From assembly GCA_041691295.1 (NCBI GenBank), contig JBEPVA010000001.1, forward strand, positions 6,008 to 70,007: 64,000 bases of DNA. The letters are read 5' to 3'. Shown here piece by piece: positions 63,851 to 64,000 of the stretch. The stretch comes from Gemmatimonadota bacterium. Its GTDB lineage: Bacteria; Gemmatimonadota; Gemmatimonadetes; Gemmatimonadales; GWC2-71-9. The first letter of the stretch is position 1. Every line of letters starts with the position of its first letter. The notes under the pieces were generated by a model. That model saw nothing but the letters and a program-made list of their open reading frames with translations, was not told the origin of the DNA and searched no databases. A program made the position numbers and the translations under genes.

Positions 63851-64000
63851 CAGCCCTTGAGGAAGAGGCGATCGGGATCCAGCACCTCGCGCAGCAGCCG
63901 AAGCTCTTCCGGAGAAGGCGGCGTCACGACCGGCCGCAACTCGCGGCGGACCTTGATGGCCCAGCCGACGTTGGCTTTGACATCCTCAAGGGTGACTCCG
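63850..64000 (-). CDS. CoA-transferase subunit B-like protein, C-terminal fragment (rest outside window)
   Basis: Hand translation of the minus strand gives ..GVTLEDVKANVGWAIKVRRELRPVVTPPSPEELRLLREVLDPDRLFLKG then stop. The stop TGA overlaps the permease ATG by 1 nt. Confidence 0.55.
   Translation of the reverse strand, partial: GVTLEDVKANVGWAIKVRRELRPVVTPPSPEELRLLREVLDPDRLFLKG

Overview
High-GC bacterial chromosomal window, clearly above 60% GC by eye. No rRNA, tRNA or CRISPR array was found. I call about 60 protein genes. They include a SusC/SusD pair, several secreted amidohydrolases and peptidases, PD40/TolB-propeller fusions, thiolase plus Hbd, SelD, ThyX, a tartrate-dehydrogenase-like enzyme, and a cupredoxin/NosD-like gene coupled to a multicopper oxidase. 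This content fits a soil Gemmatimonadota- or Acidobacteriota-like organism, but the taxon is inference only. A lower-GC accessory stretch runs from about 26.8 to 40.8 kb. It carries a 1577-aa RHS/YD-repeat toxin with an exported immunity candidate, an orphan rhs C-terminal cassette with its own immunity candidate, an IS3 orfA remnant, and several unknown membrane proteins next to an NYN-domain gene. The most unusual signal is non-coding. At least 18 short tandem-repeat tracts occur, mostly 7-nt units with some 4-, 8- and 9-nt units. Most begin at or within a few nt of stop codons. Several form purine-arm/pyrimidine-arm inverted pairs. Two such pairs bracket four-helix-bundle genes of the 23S-rRNA-IVS/Avd family in an IVS-like stem-gene-stem layout. 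Two repeat families recur at distant loci and even supply the last codons and stop codon of unrelated genes. Other points: a RAYT transposase with a compensatory REP-like hairpin pair, an RNase HI homologue lacking the conserved catalytic Glu, a two-ATP-grasp plus GNAT operon, and a 460-bp lower-GC structured spacer. All family calls come from motif recognition by eye, since no searches could be run.
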